From: Nitrospirota bacterium
GTDB lineage: Bacteria; Nitrospirota; UBA9217
DNA: 64,000 nucleotides
Assembly: GCA_963749655.1 (NCBI GenBank)
Contig: CAVVOB010000022.1
Coordinates: forward strand, 149,398 to 213,397
Reading direction: 5' to 3'
Both the position numbers and the translations under genes were made by a program. Positions 19,998-30,109 of the stretch are shown here, one piece after another (the stretch's first letter is position 1; every line of letters begins with the position of its first letter). Below the pieces are notes generated by a model. The model was given only the letters and a program-made list of their open reading frames with translations. It was not told where the DNA came from and ran no database searches.

Positions 19998-20963
19998 ATG
20001 CCGATCATCTTTGCCGCAGACATCGGAGGCACCAACAGCCGCTTCGGCCGTTTCGAGGCAGGGCCCCAGGGCTCCCTTTCCCTGATCGAAACGAAGTGGG
20101 TCTCCACGAAAAACGCCCGGTCGTTTGCGGACCTTATCGGCCCGGTCAGGGGGGGCCTCCGTCCGGAGCAGGCCGACTGCGCGGTCATCGCGATCGCCGG
20201 ACCGGTCGAGCGCGGCGTATTCTCGAGGCCGCCGTTCATATCGTGGAGCATCGATATCCACCGCGCGCAGCAGTCGCTCGGGTCGCGGCGAGTTCTGCTC
20301 ATCAATGATTTTGTTGCCCAGGCCTTTGCCTGCCGTACGCGGCCGGGAGAGGCCGCCGAACCGGTCCTTCCGGGGACCGCGTATCCCGAGGCCCCGATCG
20401 CGGTCATCGGCGCAGGGACGTCGCTCGGCATGGCGGCGCTCATACCCGACGGGTCCGGAGGCGGCGTTGCCGTACCGTCCGAGGGAGGGCACGCGGAGTT
20501 CCCGTTCCAGGGCGCGGACGAGCAGCGGCTCCGGGAGTTTCTGCTCGAAAAGCGGGGTGGAGCGTTCGTTCCAGCCCTTGCAGCGGTGTCCGGCCCGGCG
20601 CTTTCTTCTCTTCATCAGTTCCTGACAGGCAACGTCCTGGACCCGGCGGAGGTCCTGGCCGGGCTGACATCGTTCCCGGAGACCCTCGAATGGGCGTCCC
20701 GTTTCTACGGAAGGGCCTGCAGGGACTACGCCCTTGCCGTCGCTGCGCAGGGCGGCGTGTACATTGCCGGCGGCGTGGCTGCGCGCGCCCCGTCGCTGGT
20801 TTCGCATGCTTCCTTTGCGCGGGAGTTCAGAAGTTCGCCGACCATGTCCGGCCTGCTCTCGGGTATTCCGGTTTTTCTCATGACCGATCAGGAAAGCGGT
20901 TTGTGGGGCGCCGCGTCGTATGCCCTGCAGGTCCTCAGCCGGGAACCGGCGCATCGGGCATGA
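19998..20963 (+). CDS. glk: Glucokinase
   Basis: ADIGGTNSR, LINDF, IGAGTSLG, PSEGGH, GGVYIAGGV, GLWGAA. Confidence 0.9.
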   Translation: MPIIFAADIGGTNSRFGRFEAGPQGSLSLIETKWVSTKNARSFADLIGPVRGGLRPEQADCAVIAIAGPVERGVFSRPPFISWSIDIHRAQQSLGSRRVLLINDFVAQAFACRTRPGEAAEPVLPGTAYPEAPIAVIGAGTSLGMAALIPDGSGGGVAVPSEGGHAEFPFQGADEQRLREFLLEKRGGAFVPALAAVSGPALSSLHQFLTGNVLDPAEVLAGLTSFPETLEWASRFYGRACRDYALAVAAQGGVYIAGGVAARAPSLVSHASFAREFRSSPTMSGLLSGIPVFLMTDQESGLWGAASYALQVLSREPAHRA

Positions 20964-21139
20964 AGATCACCGGGAGAGGCCCGGGACTTATCTGAAACAT
21001 TCAGCACACCTGCCGGAGCACGATCGCCGGAGAAGGTTGATTGAGTCCGACAGCAGGAATCCCCGGGGCGGTTGACAGGAAGCGTCTCCGAATTTGCCAC
21101 CGCCGATGCAGTGCATGGAAGTGTAGCAAAGGAGGCCCT

Positions 21140-21856
21140 ATGAACAGGAGCAGAGCGGCAGGGATATCATGTCTGGCAATTGTTTGCATGCTGGCATTCA
21201 GTGGTACGGCATTTTCCCAAGTGGGCGAAAAGCAGGGCGGGGCCGGGCAGAGCCCGATGGTGATGGGAGAGGTTACGGGCATTGATGCAACCTCCCTCAC
21301 CGTAAAAACCGGGAACGGCGCAACGGAGCGAATGACGATTACGACCTCCACTGTGTTCGTGCAGGAGACCGCGGCCGACAGCAGCGCGCTGGTTGTCGGC
21401 GAAACCGTTGTGGTGATCGGCCAGCCGGAAGGCCAGGGCGCGATCGTGCCGAGGATGGTCAGGATTGTCGACAAGATCGATGATATGTCCAGGCCGCGCG
21501 GTCAGGGAGGACAGGCGATGCAGGGCGGCCAGCCAAGGGGCGGGCAGACGGCGCAGGGCGGACAGGCGGAAGGGGGGGCGACCCCGAGCCAGCCGGGAGG
21601 CCAGATGATGGGCGGCCTTGTAGTCGGAGCGGTCGTCGGGCTTAACCCGTTGAAGATCGGGCAGCCGTCAGGAATCACGACAATCGCAAAACTGACGGAC
21701 ACCACGAGGATAACGGTCGAGAAGTCGGTTGATTCGTCAAAGGTGTCGAAGGGCTCACGGGTGCGGGTGCTGGCCCCGTCGTCGCGGGCGTCCGCGTCGC
21801 GGCAGGCACGCAAGGTGATCATCCTGTCGGATTCGATGCCTGCCCCCCTGCAGTGA
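21140..21856 (+). CDS. Secreted DUF5666-like repeat protein with a Gly/Gln-rich linker
   Basis: Signal peptide and two OB-like repeats (GEVTGIDATSLTV...; LVVGETVVVIG). RBS GGAGG. Confidence 0.55.
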   Translation: MNRSRAAGISCLAIVCMLAFSGTAFSQVGEKQGGAGQSPMVMGEVTGIDATSLTVKTGNGATERMTITTSTVFVQETAADSSALVVGETVVVIGQPEGQGAIVPRMVRIVDKIDDMSRPRGQGGQAMQGGQPRGGQTAQGGQAEGGATPSQPGGQMMGGLVVGAVVGLNPLKIGQPSGITTIAKLTDTTRITVEKSVDSSKVSKGSRVRVLAPSSRASASRQARKVIILSDSMPAPLQ

Positions 21857-22044
21857 CGACTGTGGGATCCGGGCGGGATCGGAAGCGTAGAACCCGCCCG
21901 TCCCTCAGGTCGGCAGGCATGACCGGGAGACGCGGCTGATCGAGCTGGGGCGTCAACGGGCATGCATACGCGGTTTCATACTTCGGAGGAAACATGGATG
22001 AGCTGAGAAAGACGTACCGTACTGCGGCGATCATTGGCCTCGCG

Positions 22045-22254
22045 ATGAAACACATCGTGTTCGCATCGGCCGTCCTGTTTATCCTTGTCTGTTCCGGCTG
22101 CGGCCCCCGGAACGTGTACGAAGGGTTGCGCATGCACCAGGGCATGGACTGCCAGAAACTCCACGGAGCTGACCAGGACGAATGCAACAGAAGGTCCGGG
22201 ATGAGCTATGACGAGTATGAGCGGCAGCGGAACCAGGAAAAGCAAAGCCCCTGA
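22045..22254 (+). CDS. Small lipoprotein
   Basis: MKHIVF...CSGC lipobox; C-x10-C and SYDEYERQR tail. Confidence 0.6.
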   Translation: MKHIVFASAVLFILVCSGCGPRNVYEGLRMHQGMDCQKLHGADQDECNRRSGMSYDEYERQRNQEKQSP

Positions 22255-22412
22255 AGGAGGCGTTCAGTAGGGGCGTCGTTTTTGCGGGAAGTCCGGTCTC
22301 CCCGCCAGCGCGGGTATCCAGTATCTGCTTCACGGCAGGTGCATTTCCAGGTATCTGCTAATGCCCTCGTTTACGTCATCCCTGTCTGGTTTTTTCGTCT
22401 CGATACACCGAA

Positions 22413-23381
22413 TCATTTCATTCGTCTTCCGGTCACCACGACCGTATCCCCGAGGACCTTCTTCCTGATGCCGCTGAATCCCGCCTGCACGAGCCATGCC
22501 TTCAGCTCCAGCGGAGTGTAGGACCTTCCTGCAGCGGTATTAACGAGCATATTGACGGAAAAAAGAGCGCCCGGAACAGGCGCGGCCCTGTTCTCTTCCA
22601 GGAGGAATTCGTGGATCGCGATCCTGCCGCCGGGGTTCAATGCCTGTCGTACCTTTTTCAGCAGCGCCACACTTTCCCGTGACGACAGGGAATGCAGGAC
22701 CTGGCTGATGAACACGAGATCGTATCCCGCCCCGATGTCGTCGGCATGAAAGTCTCCTCCGAGAAAATCGATGTTCCTGATCCCCGCCTCCTTGATGATC
22801 GTGCGGGACACGGACAGCGTGTTCGGCACGTCGAAGAGCGTCACCCGCGCGACCGTACGGGCCATTTCCATGCTGTACGTACCGGGACCGCCGCCAAGGT
22901 CGAGCGCCTTTTGCACTCCGCGGATATCTACGGCCGCGATGACATCTTTCGCTCTGAAGACGGCATTGTTGTGCATCGCCCTGATGAAGGACTCGTGGTC
23001 GCGTCCGGCTGCCCTGTTCGGAAAGCCCGTTTTTACGACCCCGTCGAGACCGGACCAGTTTTTCCAAAGGGAGTCGGCATGACGAAGCATATCGCCCTGG
23101 TACCAGCGGCTGGCCTTAACGAGGAGCTTCGCGGCCGTCGCCGTATTCCGGTACCGGTTGCCCGTTTTCCTGAGAAGACCGAGGGCCGTGACCGCATCGA
23201 GCAGGATCTCCGTGGCGCGCGCGTCGGTCCTGAGCTTCCGGGCAAGTTCCCGGGCCGTTTTCGGCGTTTTCAGGTGCTCGAAGACCGCGTAGTTGTTCGC
23301 GGTCAGCACGACCCGCGAGGCGCGAAAACCGCTCCAGATCCTTGCGACGTCCTTGAGTTGTTCTGCACTGTCCTTTCCCAT
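22413..23381 (-). CDS. SAM-dependent O-methyltransferase with N-terminal dimerisation domain
   Basis: FIRAMH, LDLGGGPG, GDFH, SQVLH, LNPGG, NMLV..GRSYT. Confidence 0.9.
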   Translation of the reverse strand: MGKDSAEQLKDVARIWSGFRASRVVLTANNYAVFEHLKTPKTARELARKLRTDARATEILLDAVTALGLLRKTGNRYRNTATAAKLLVKASRWYQGDMLRHADSLWKNWSGLDGVVKTGFPNRAAGRDHESFIRAMHNNAVFRAKDVIAAVDIRGVQKALDLGGGPGTYSMEMARTVARVTLFDVPNTLSVSRTIIKEAGIRNIDFLGGDFHADDIGAGYDLVFISQVLHSLSSRESVALLKKVRQALNPGGRIAIHEFLLEENRAAPVPGALFSVNMLVNTAAGRSYTPLELKAWLVQAGFSGIRKKVLGDTVVVTGRRMK

Positions 23382-23445
23382 GGTGCTCCGATCCTTCCTG
23401 TCCGGTCCGTATTCGGACGGGGACTGTTAAAATGCGCGGGACTGA

Positions 23446-23937
23446 TCAGTCCGAGGTTTTTACGGGATTAGCTATTGCCGGACCGAAGTGTTCCACGATC
23501 TCCAGCCGCTCAAGCCCGTGTTCGTCGAATTCCTTCGAGTACCGGTCCATCAAGGGTGTTTCCAGGGAAAGCCGGTCTTCCGACTTCAGGCTGTCGAGCT
23601 GCTCGAAGCTGCCCACAATGCGGCTCGCGTCGCGCTCCGCGAGCCGGTGGACCAGCTCGTCCCAGAACGTGTCGTCCGTGAACTCGTCGATGAATTCCCA
23701 GGCCCGGGTCGAGTCCTCGAAGGCGGCCGAAGGCTGATAGGATCCGGTTTCGGGATTGAACTCAACGAGACCGGCGTGGCCCATGACTTTTGCAAGGCCG
23801 TGGAATTTCTGGATGAGTTTTTCGTAAGGGGCGGTGCGCTGGTCTGCCTCCGAGGCATGGGAGTGAAGGACCCAATGGGAAATGTACAGGAGGTCGAGGA
23901 GGTCGCGGTACTCTTCTTTTGAGATGTCGACGTTCAT
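23446..23937 (-). CDS. Conserved-looking hypothetical protein
   Basis: 163-aa ORF with RBS GGAAGGG; FWDELVHRLAERD and EFDEHGLERL motifs. Confidence 0.7.
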   Translation of the reverse strand: MNVDISKEEYRDLLDLLYISHWVLHSHASEADQRTAPYEKLIQKFHGLAKVMGHAGLVEFNPETGSYQPSAAFEDSTRAWEFIDEFTDDTFWDELVHRLAERDASRIVGSFEQLDSLKSEDRLSLETPLMDRYSKEFDEHGLERLEIVEHFGPAIANPVKTSD

Positions 23938-24098
23938 GGTTCCCTTCCGGTGCTTGAGAAATAAATAGTAAAATAGTGTACCCGCACCGGGTCAAGGAAT
24001 CAACAAGATTCAGCTGTTGACCGCGCATTCAGAGGCGGTTGCTTCGGAGGTTGCCCGTGTGGGAATCCGCCGCAAAGCTCTTTCGTTCTTCTCTCCGA

Positions 24099-27000
24099 TC
24101 ATACCATCAGGGTCGTCAGAACGGCCTGAAGCTCGTGTATATCGTAGGGCTTCTTGAGACCTGCCTTGAACCCGTGGTCAAGGAAGCCCGAAAGAACCGC
24201 ATTGTCGGCATAGCCGCTTGACACAACGGCCTTCACCGATGCATCCATTTCCCTGAGCTTCTGCAGCGTTTCCGTGCCTCCCATTCCGCCCCGGATCGTC
24301 AGGTCCAGAATGACGACATCGAACGGACGTCCGGTGGTCATGGCTGCCCGGTATTTTTCAACGGCTTCGTTGCCGTGCCGTGCAACCTCCACTTCATGGC
24401 CGAGCGCACGCAAAAGCTCTGTGACGAGCTTCCTGATCAGCTCTTCATCATCCATGACGAGGACCCGCAGCGCTTTCGTCATGGAAGGCAGCATCTTTTC
24501 CACGCTGTGTAATGACTCAGGGGCCTCTTCCAGGGCGGGCAGGTAAATGGTGATCGTGGTCCCTTTTCCCACCTCGGATTGCACCAGGATCTGGCCGTCG
24601 TGGTTCCTGACGATCGAGTAGGAGGTGGCCAGGCCGAGCCCGCTGCCTTTTTCCTTTGTCGTGAAATAGGGGTCGAAGATTTTGTCGAGATACTGTTCCG
24701 GGATGCCGACGCCGCTGTCCCGGATCTCGATCTCCACGTGGTCCTGTTTTTTCAGCCCATGGGGCAGCCGCGCGTCGGAGGGGGCGATATTTCGCGCCGT
24801 GATTTGCACGCATCCGCCGAGCGGCATGGACTGGTCCGCGTTCAGTACGATGTTCTGGATGACCTGGGCAAGCTGGCCTGCGTCGCCGTCAACAGGCCAC
24901 AGGTCCGGATCGACGTTCAGCCGGTGGCTGCTGCGAGAGCCGCTCAGTCCGAATTCCACGGAGCTCGTGATCACCGGAGCAAGGAGGATGGGCTTTCTGA
25001 CCGGCTTGCCGCCCTTGGAAAAGGTAAGGAGCTGGGTCGTCAGATTGACTGACTGATGGAGCGCCTTTTCCGCCTGTTCCAGCATGGCCAGCGATTTTTC
25101 ACGCTGGTCGATCGTCAATTTTGCCATGGAAATGAAGCCGAAGATGCCCTGCAGGAGGTTGTTGAAGTCGTGGGCAATGCCGCCTGCCAGGGTCCCGATG
25201 GACTCGAGCTTCTGAGTTTTGAGCCGCTCTTCTTCGAGGAGGTGCTTTTCCGTGATGTTGTTGATCGTCTCGATCGCCGACGTAACGCGGCCCGTGTTGT
25301 CCCTGATGGGAAAGGCCCTGGTCTCGACATAGAGTACCTGCCCGTCCCTGTCTCTATGCTTGTGCAGGGCCGCGTGGGGTTCGCCGGTCGCAAAGACGCG
25401 TCGGACCGCGCAGTCCTCACCCTCGTCGAAGCACGGCCGGCTCGTCTTGTGCGATACCTCGAAGCAATGTCTGCCGATCACTTCGTCGCCGGACCGTCCG
25501 GCCTGGGCGCAGTAGGCCCTGTTGGCCGTCATGATCAGATAGTCCCGGTCGATGACGATGATGCCTTCGTCCACCGTGTCGTGGATGTTCCGGATGAACT
25601 GCTCGCTCTGCCGGATTTTTTCTTCGGCCAGCTTGCGTTCCGTGACATCACGGATTATTCCCACGAGGCCGATGGCGCTGCCGTTGTCGTCATAGAGCGG
25701 GACTTTGATGGTGTCGTGGATTTTTTTATTGCCGGCCTTATCGGTCGCGATTTCCTCGCAGCGGACCGTTCGCTGATTTTTCATCACTTCCTCGTCGTTT
25801 TTTCGGCAGACAGCCGCAAACTCGGGGGGTAAAAGGTCTTCGGCGGTTTTGCCGATCAACATCTCCGGGGAAAGACCAAGCACTTCTTCATTGGCCCTGT
25901 TGGCGATTATGTGACGGCCCTCCGTGTCCTTGAACAGCACCGCGTCGGGAATTGCGTCGATCAGCGTCCTCAGTCGCTTCTCGCTCTCCCTCAGTTCCGC
26001 TTCCGCTTTTTTCCGCTCCGTAATATCCTGTGCTGTTCCGCTCAGGATAGCCTGATCGCCGGCGGCATTCCGAATGAGCTCTGCCTGGGCATGAATGATC
26101 CTGGTCGTGCCGTCCCTGAAGACGAACCGGTATTCGATGCTGAAATGTTTCCCGCTCTTGACCGTCTCGTCAACGGCATTCTTCAGGGCCGGACGGTCGT
26201 CGGGATGGATCATTTCGAAGAACATCTTGAAGTCAGCGGGATCTTTCTTCAAGTCGAGCCCGAGCAGGCGGAACAGCTCGTCTGACCAGAAGACCTCCCC
26301 CGTCGTCACGTTGTGCTCCCAGCTTCCTATATGGGCGATGCGCTGGGATTCCGCAAGCTGTTTTTCACGCGCCCGCAGGGCATCCTCTGCCAGTTTTTGT
26401 TCCGTAATGTCCTGCGCAGTGCCCGTAATGCTTACCGCGTTCCCCTTTTCGTCGCATTGGAGCTCCACCTCTTCATGGATGTACAGGAGTTTTCCATCGG
26501 GCAGCAGGGCGCGATAATCGGAACGGTGGGGCAGGTTCGATGCAATCTGGGCTTCCAGCGTCGGCCGGTCATCGGGATGGACGCAGGTGAAAAAACGCTC
26601 CCGCGTGATCGGGCCGTCTTCGGGGCGAATACCGAACATGGCGAGCAGCTCGTCCGACCACCAGAGCTCTCCGCTCTTCACATCATAGGTCCAGTTGCCG
26701 ATGCGGGCAAGACGCTGCGCATGGCGCAGCCGCGCTTCACTCTGCTTGAGCGCCGTGTCCGCCTGCCTGCGGTCGGAGATGTCGCGGTAGATCCAGTAGG
26801 TGCCCGCCTGTTCCCGGCCGATCAGGACCGGGATGTAATCCCGCTCCATGATGCGCCCGTCAGCGAGCAGGAGTTCCTCGGAAAGAACAGGTTTGCGCTC
26901 CGCCAACCGGTGCTCGATCGTCAGGATAAATCCCTCGGGGTCCGCGAACGCATGTTTTGCCTGTTCAGCCATGCGTCCGCAGTCGACACCGAGGAGCAGG

Positions 27001-27602
27001 TCAGGCGAGGGCATGCCGAAGAACTCGCAGAAGGTCCTGTTGGCGTACTGAATGCTCCGTGATGCATTTTCGAACAGCACGCCCTGCCGGATGTTTTCCA
27101 TCAGTGCTTTCAGTGTGGCAACGGTCTCGCGCCGGGCGTCTTCAGCTTTTTTCCGGTCAGTGAGGTCAATGTCGATGCAGAACAGCTCGGGGGGCGCGCC
27201 CGGCCTCTTGACGATCGCATGGCTCGAAAAAACAGGCGCGCGGGTGCCGTCCTTGCGCATGAGCGAGAGCTCTGCCGCGGGGATCGGCTGCCCGGTCTCC
27301 ACCATAGAGGCTATGGCCTTTTGTACGTCCTCCCGCATTTCCGGCGGGATGATGAGGTCCAGCAGATTTCTCCCGATTGCCTCCTGAGCCGTATATCCAT
27401 AGATGCGTTCCGAGGCCTCATTCCAGTAATGGGTTGTCCCGTCCATGGAGTAGCCCTGGACCGCGACCGAAGGCACATGCTGGAGAAGCAGGTGAAACCG
27501 GTCCTCGCTCTCTCGCAGCTCATTCTCTGCAGGCTGGGATTTTTCAGGGGATTTTTGGGTTTTTCGCAAGGCCTTTTTCGGATTCGGCGTTTTCTTCTGC
27601 AT
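24099..27602 (-). CDS. Hybrid multi-PAS histidine kinase/response regulator
   Basis: Multiple PAS/PAC domains, AGGIAHDFNN, NIVLNA, DSGVGI, FDPYFTTK, GSGLGL, C-terminal receiver. Confidence 0.95.
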   Translation of the reverse strand: MQKKTPNPKKALRKTQKSPEKSQPAENELRESEDRFHLLLQHVPSVAVQGYSMDGTTHYWNEASERIYGYTAQEAIGRNLLDLIIPPEMREDVQKAIASMVETGQPIPAAELSLMRKDGTRAPVFSSHAIVKRPGAPPELFCIDIDLTDRKKAEDARRETVATLKALMENIRQGVLFENASRSIQYANRTFCEFFGMPSPDLLLGVDCGRMAEQAKHAFADPEGFILTIEHRLAERKPVLSEELLLADGRIMERDYIPVLIGREQAGTYWIYRDISDRRQADTALKQSEARLRHAQRLARIGNWTYDVKSGELWWSDELLAMFGIRPEDGPITRERFFTCVHPDDRPTLEAQIASNLPHRSDYRALLPDGKLLYIHEEVELQCDEKGNAVSITGTAQDITEQKLAEDALRAREKQLAESQRIAHIGSWEHNVTTGEVFWSDELFRLLGLDLKKDPADFKMFFEMIHPDDRPALKNAVDETVKSGKHFSIEYRFVFRDGTTRIIHAQAELIRNAAGDQAILSGTAQDITERKKAEAELRESEKRLRTLIDAIPDAVLFKDTEGRHIIANRANEEVLGLSPEMLIGKTAEDLLPPEFAAVCRKNDEEVMKNQRTVRCEEIATDKAGNKKIHDTIKVPLYDDNGSAIGLVGIIRDVTERKLAEEKIRQSEQFIRNIHDTVDEGIIVIDRDYLIMTANRAYCAQAGRSGDEVIGRHCFEVSHKTSRPCFDEGEDCAVRRVFATGEPHAALHKHRDRDGQVLYVETRAFPIRDNTGRVTSAIETINNITEKHLLEEERLKTQKLESIGTLAGGIAHDFNNLLQGIFGFISMAKLTIDQREKSLAMLEQAEKALHQSVNLTTQLLTFSKGGKPVRKPILLAPVITSSVEFGLSGSRSSHRLNVDPDLWPVDGDAGQLAQVIQNIVLNADQSMPLGGCVQITARNIAPSDARLPHGLKKQDHVEIEIRDSGVGIPEQYLDKIFDPYFTTKEKGSGLGLATSYSIVRNHDGQILVQSEVGKGTTITIYLPALEEAPESLHSVEKMLPSMTKALRVLVMDDEELIRKLVTELLRALGHEVEVARHGNEAVEKYRAAMTTGRPFDVVILDLTIRGGMGGTETLQKLREMDASVKAVVSSGYADNAVLSGFLDHGFKAGLKKPYDIHELQAVLTTLMV

Positions 27603-27844
27603 AAACTCGTGCCCCCTCGTGTGCCTGCAATAAGACCGGCAGTGCTGAGAGTAAAGTATATCAAAAAAATGCATTTTTCGACATATTTCTCAAGAAGGGC
27701 GAAAGGCATCGGCTTGATTGCTGCGATTTTTATGAGCGACGGGCGAGAACGGCTTTGGAGAAACGATCACTCTTTTGCATGTATACGCGGGGGGGTATCA
27801 AGCTCCCGCCGAGAGGAGCACGAGTAAGACCGAACGAGAACGTT

Positions 27845-28516
27845 TCAAAGGCACTGCAATCCGGTGAGATACTGGCCCGCGTCGAGCCTCGTCACCCAAC
27901 GGACGGATGCCGAGCTGCACGGGAGGGGGAGCGCGGTGTTGAAATGGACCTGATCGTGCTCCGACAGGGGGACGGGCAGCCTGAGGCAAACCCCTGAAGC
28001 GCTGATGTTGACAGTGGAGCCGTTTATCAGCCGGGTCTGGCGGGGCACCCTGCAGGCGACTTCCTGAGAAAAGGGGCGCCGCTCCTCCCTTCGCTGCACG
28101 GCCAGCGGCTGCGCCAGGTCGATCCTGTGTTCGCAGGACGCGACCCAGTCCGCCAGTTCGCTGAAGGGGAAGGGCTTCTGAAAATATTCGCAGCCGAGCT
28201 CAACAACGCGGCTGATCTTCGCCGGATCGATATCTCCGGAGATGATCGCCTTGTTCCGGGGAGACAGTTTGCAGCCTTGCTTGGTCTGGGCCAGAATAAG
28301 GTCCGCGCCGTTCATGCGGGGCATGAAGTAGTCGGTGATCATCACATCGGAACAGGGACGGGTGTGAACGCAATTGTTATTATTGCCGGCGTAGACGGGG
28401 CAGATGACCGGTTCGGACAGCGTGAGCACGTCATAGTCCAGGGACGTGAAAAAAACCTGGAAGAGGTCCCGAAGGACCCGCTCGTCTTCATAGATGATGA
28501 CTCGTTTCTTTCGCAC
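27845..28516 (-). CDS. Receiver + PilZ domain protein with a Cys-containing insertion
   Basis: IIYEDE...ITDYFMPRMNG...FQKPF; PilZ motifs RREERR and NISASG. Confidence 0.8.
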   Translation of the reverse strand: MRKKRVIIYEDERVLRDLFQVFFTSLDYDVLTLSEPVICPVYAGNNNNCVHTRPCSDVMITDYFMPRMNGADLILAQTKQGCKLSPRNKAIISGDIDPAKISRVVELGCEYFQKPFPFSELADWVASCEHRIDLAQPLAVQRREERRPFSQEVACRVPRQTRLINGSTVNISASGVCLRLPVPLSEHDQVHFNTALPLPCSSASVRWVTRLDAGQYLTGLQCL

Positions 28517-28602
28517 GTCCTACTCCCTGGAGGCTACCCTTGTATCGCAGCACGTTTGTCCCTGTTTTGATCCGAAATCCGCAATTCGCAATCCCGCGAC
28601 TT

Positions 28603-28745
28603 GGCATCCCCCGGCTCCTGCCGGGGGTGGAAAGCGCTCACTCGCGCGTGGCTCAAAGCCACGCAGCGCGAGTTCGCAGTCCCGGGAGGTCGCGTCAATT
28701 TAGTCCCGACAAGTCGGGATGCCGGAGGGGGCTCCACTGGATCTA
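28603..28745. other. Highly structured non-coding element (candidate IS200/IS605-derived MITE or cis-RNA)
   Basis: Stacked hairpins CCCCCGGC-TCCT-GCCGGGGG, CTCGCGCGTGGC-TCAAA-GCCACGCAGCGCGAG and TCCCGAC-AA-GTCGGGA. Confidence 0.45.
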
Positions 28746-29165
28746 TGGACGATCGAATCGAACGCGGCTTCGCATAGGTTGAAAATAATGGTCCCTTTCA
28801 TTCGTATAATATTTATACCACAGCTGTATGATTGTTTCATCGCCCGGGCAGGGGTATTTTTCGGGTATGAGCAGAATAGCGCATGCCGTAGGACAGAAAG
28901 TTGAGGAAAGTGTGCAGAATAATTTTCAGCGTCTGTTCTTTTTGAAGAAGAGAAAGAGGATACAAAAAAATAGCGACGCTGTAAATTCCAACACGCACGT
29001 TTGATTCACTTCTCAGCCGCAAACCTCTTAAGGTAATTTCCCCTCCCCGGAGCTTATTTGAGCAGACAGTTCCGCCTCGTGAAAATATTCTTCATGTATA
29101 CTTTATAATAGAAAGTGATGCGCAGTGACCCTGTAATGCCTGCATTTGCCGAAAGGTGGAAAGCC

Positions 29166-29917
29166 ATGACACACGGGACAACGGAGGCGGAAACCGCCGG
29201 CGATTCAGCCCAAGCCGACATCGTCTTCCTTGTTCGCGGCCTGACGAAAGTGTATGAAATGGGTGAGGTGAGGGTCGAGGCGCTGCGCGGCGTCGACTTC
29301 GATCTTATGCCCGGTGAACTCGTCGTTTTGCTGGGCCCGTCAGGAAGCGGGAAGTCCACACTCTTGAATATTCTGGGCGGACTCGATACGGCGAGCGGGG
29401 GCCGGGTGGCTTACTGCGGCAAGGATCTGACGGTGCCACGGAGCAGGACCTCACCGAATACCGCCGCTTTCACGTCGGGTTCGTGTTCCAGTTCTATAAC
29501 CTGATCCCGAGTCTTACAGCGCGGGAGAACGTCGCAGTTGTGACCGAGATCGCACGGAACCCCATGAAACCCGAGGACGCCCTTGCCGTCGTAGGTCTTG
29601 CAGAACGGCTCGATCATTTCCCTGCGCAGCTTTCGGGAGGGGAACAGCAGCGGATCGCCATTGCCCGCGCCATCTCGAAGAACCCCGCGGTCCTGCTCTG
29701 CGACGAGCCGACCGGCGCCCTCGATTCCCGGACCGGCGTGGTGGTGCTCGAAGCCCTGGAGCGGGTGAACCGCGAGCTCGGCACGGCCACGGTGATCATC
29801 ACTCACAACGTTGACATCGCCGGCATGGCGGACCGTGTGGTGCACCTCTCAAACGGCTTGATCGCCGAAGAAACGAGAAACGTGAGTCGGAAGCCGCCGC
29901 GGGAGTTGAAATGGTGA
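29166..29917 (+). CDS. ABC transporter ATP-binding protein (LolD/MacB type), frameshift near 29440
   Basis: [36 protein letters not shown]. Confidence 0.9.
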
Positions 29918-29928
29918 AGCATTTGTCA

Positions 29929-30084
29929 GCCACGAATTTACGGAATTTTCACGGATTATGATGAAGTCGTAAGAAGTCAAAATTTGTCACAAAGGCGCAA
30001 AATGCACAAAGGGAGTCGTTGAAAAATTAATGATATTTGTTGATTTTTCTTTTTAATTCGTGTCCATTCGTGATAATTCGTGGC
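29929..30084. repeat. Inverted CACGAAT decamer-array element A
   Basis: Left arm GCCACGAATTTACGGAATTTTCACGGATT; right arm TAATTCGTGTCCATTCGTGATAATTCGTGGC. Confidence 0.75.
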
Positions 30085-30109
30085 AAAAACTTCCGCGGTT
30101 GAGATTCTT

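Noticed and set aside
28517-29100. c-di-GMP-I/GEMM riboswitch upstream of the PilZ gene
   Set aside because: The GGCAAA...GAAA...GACGCAAAG consensus was not found on either strand.
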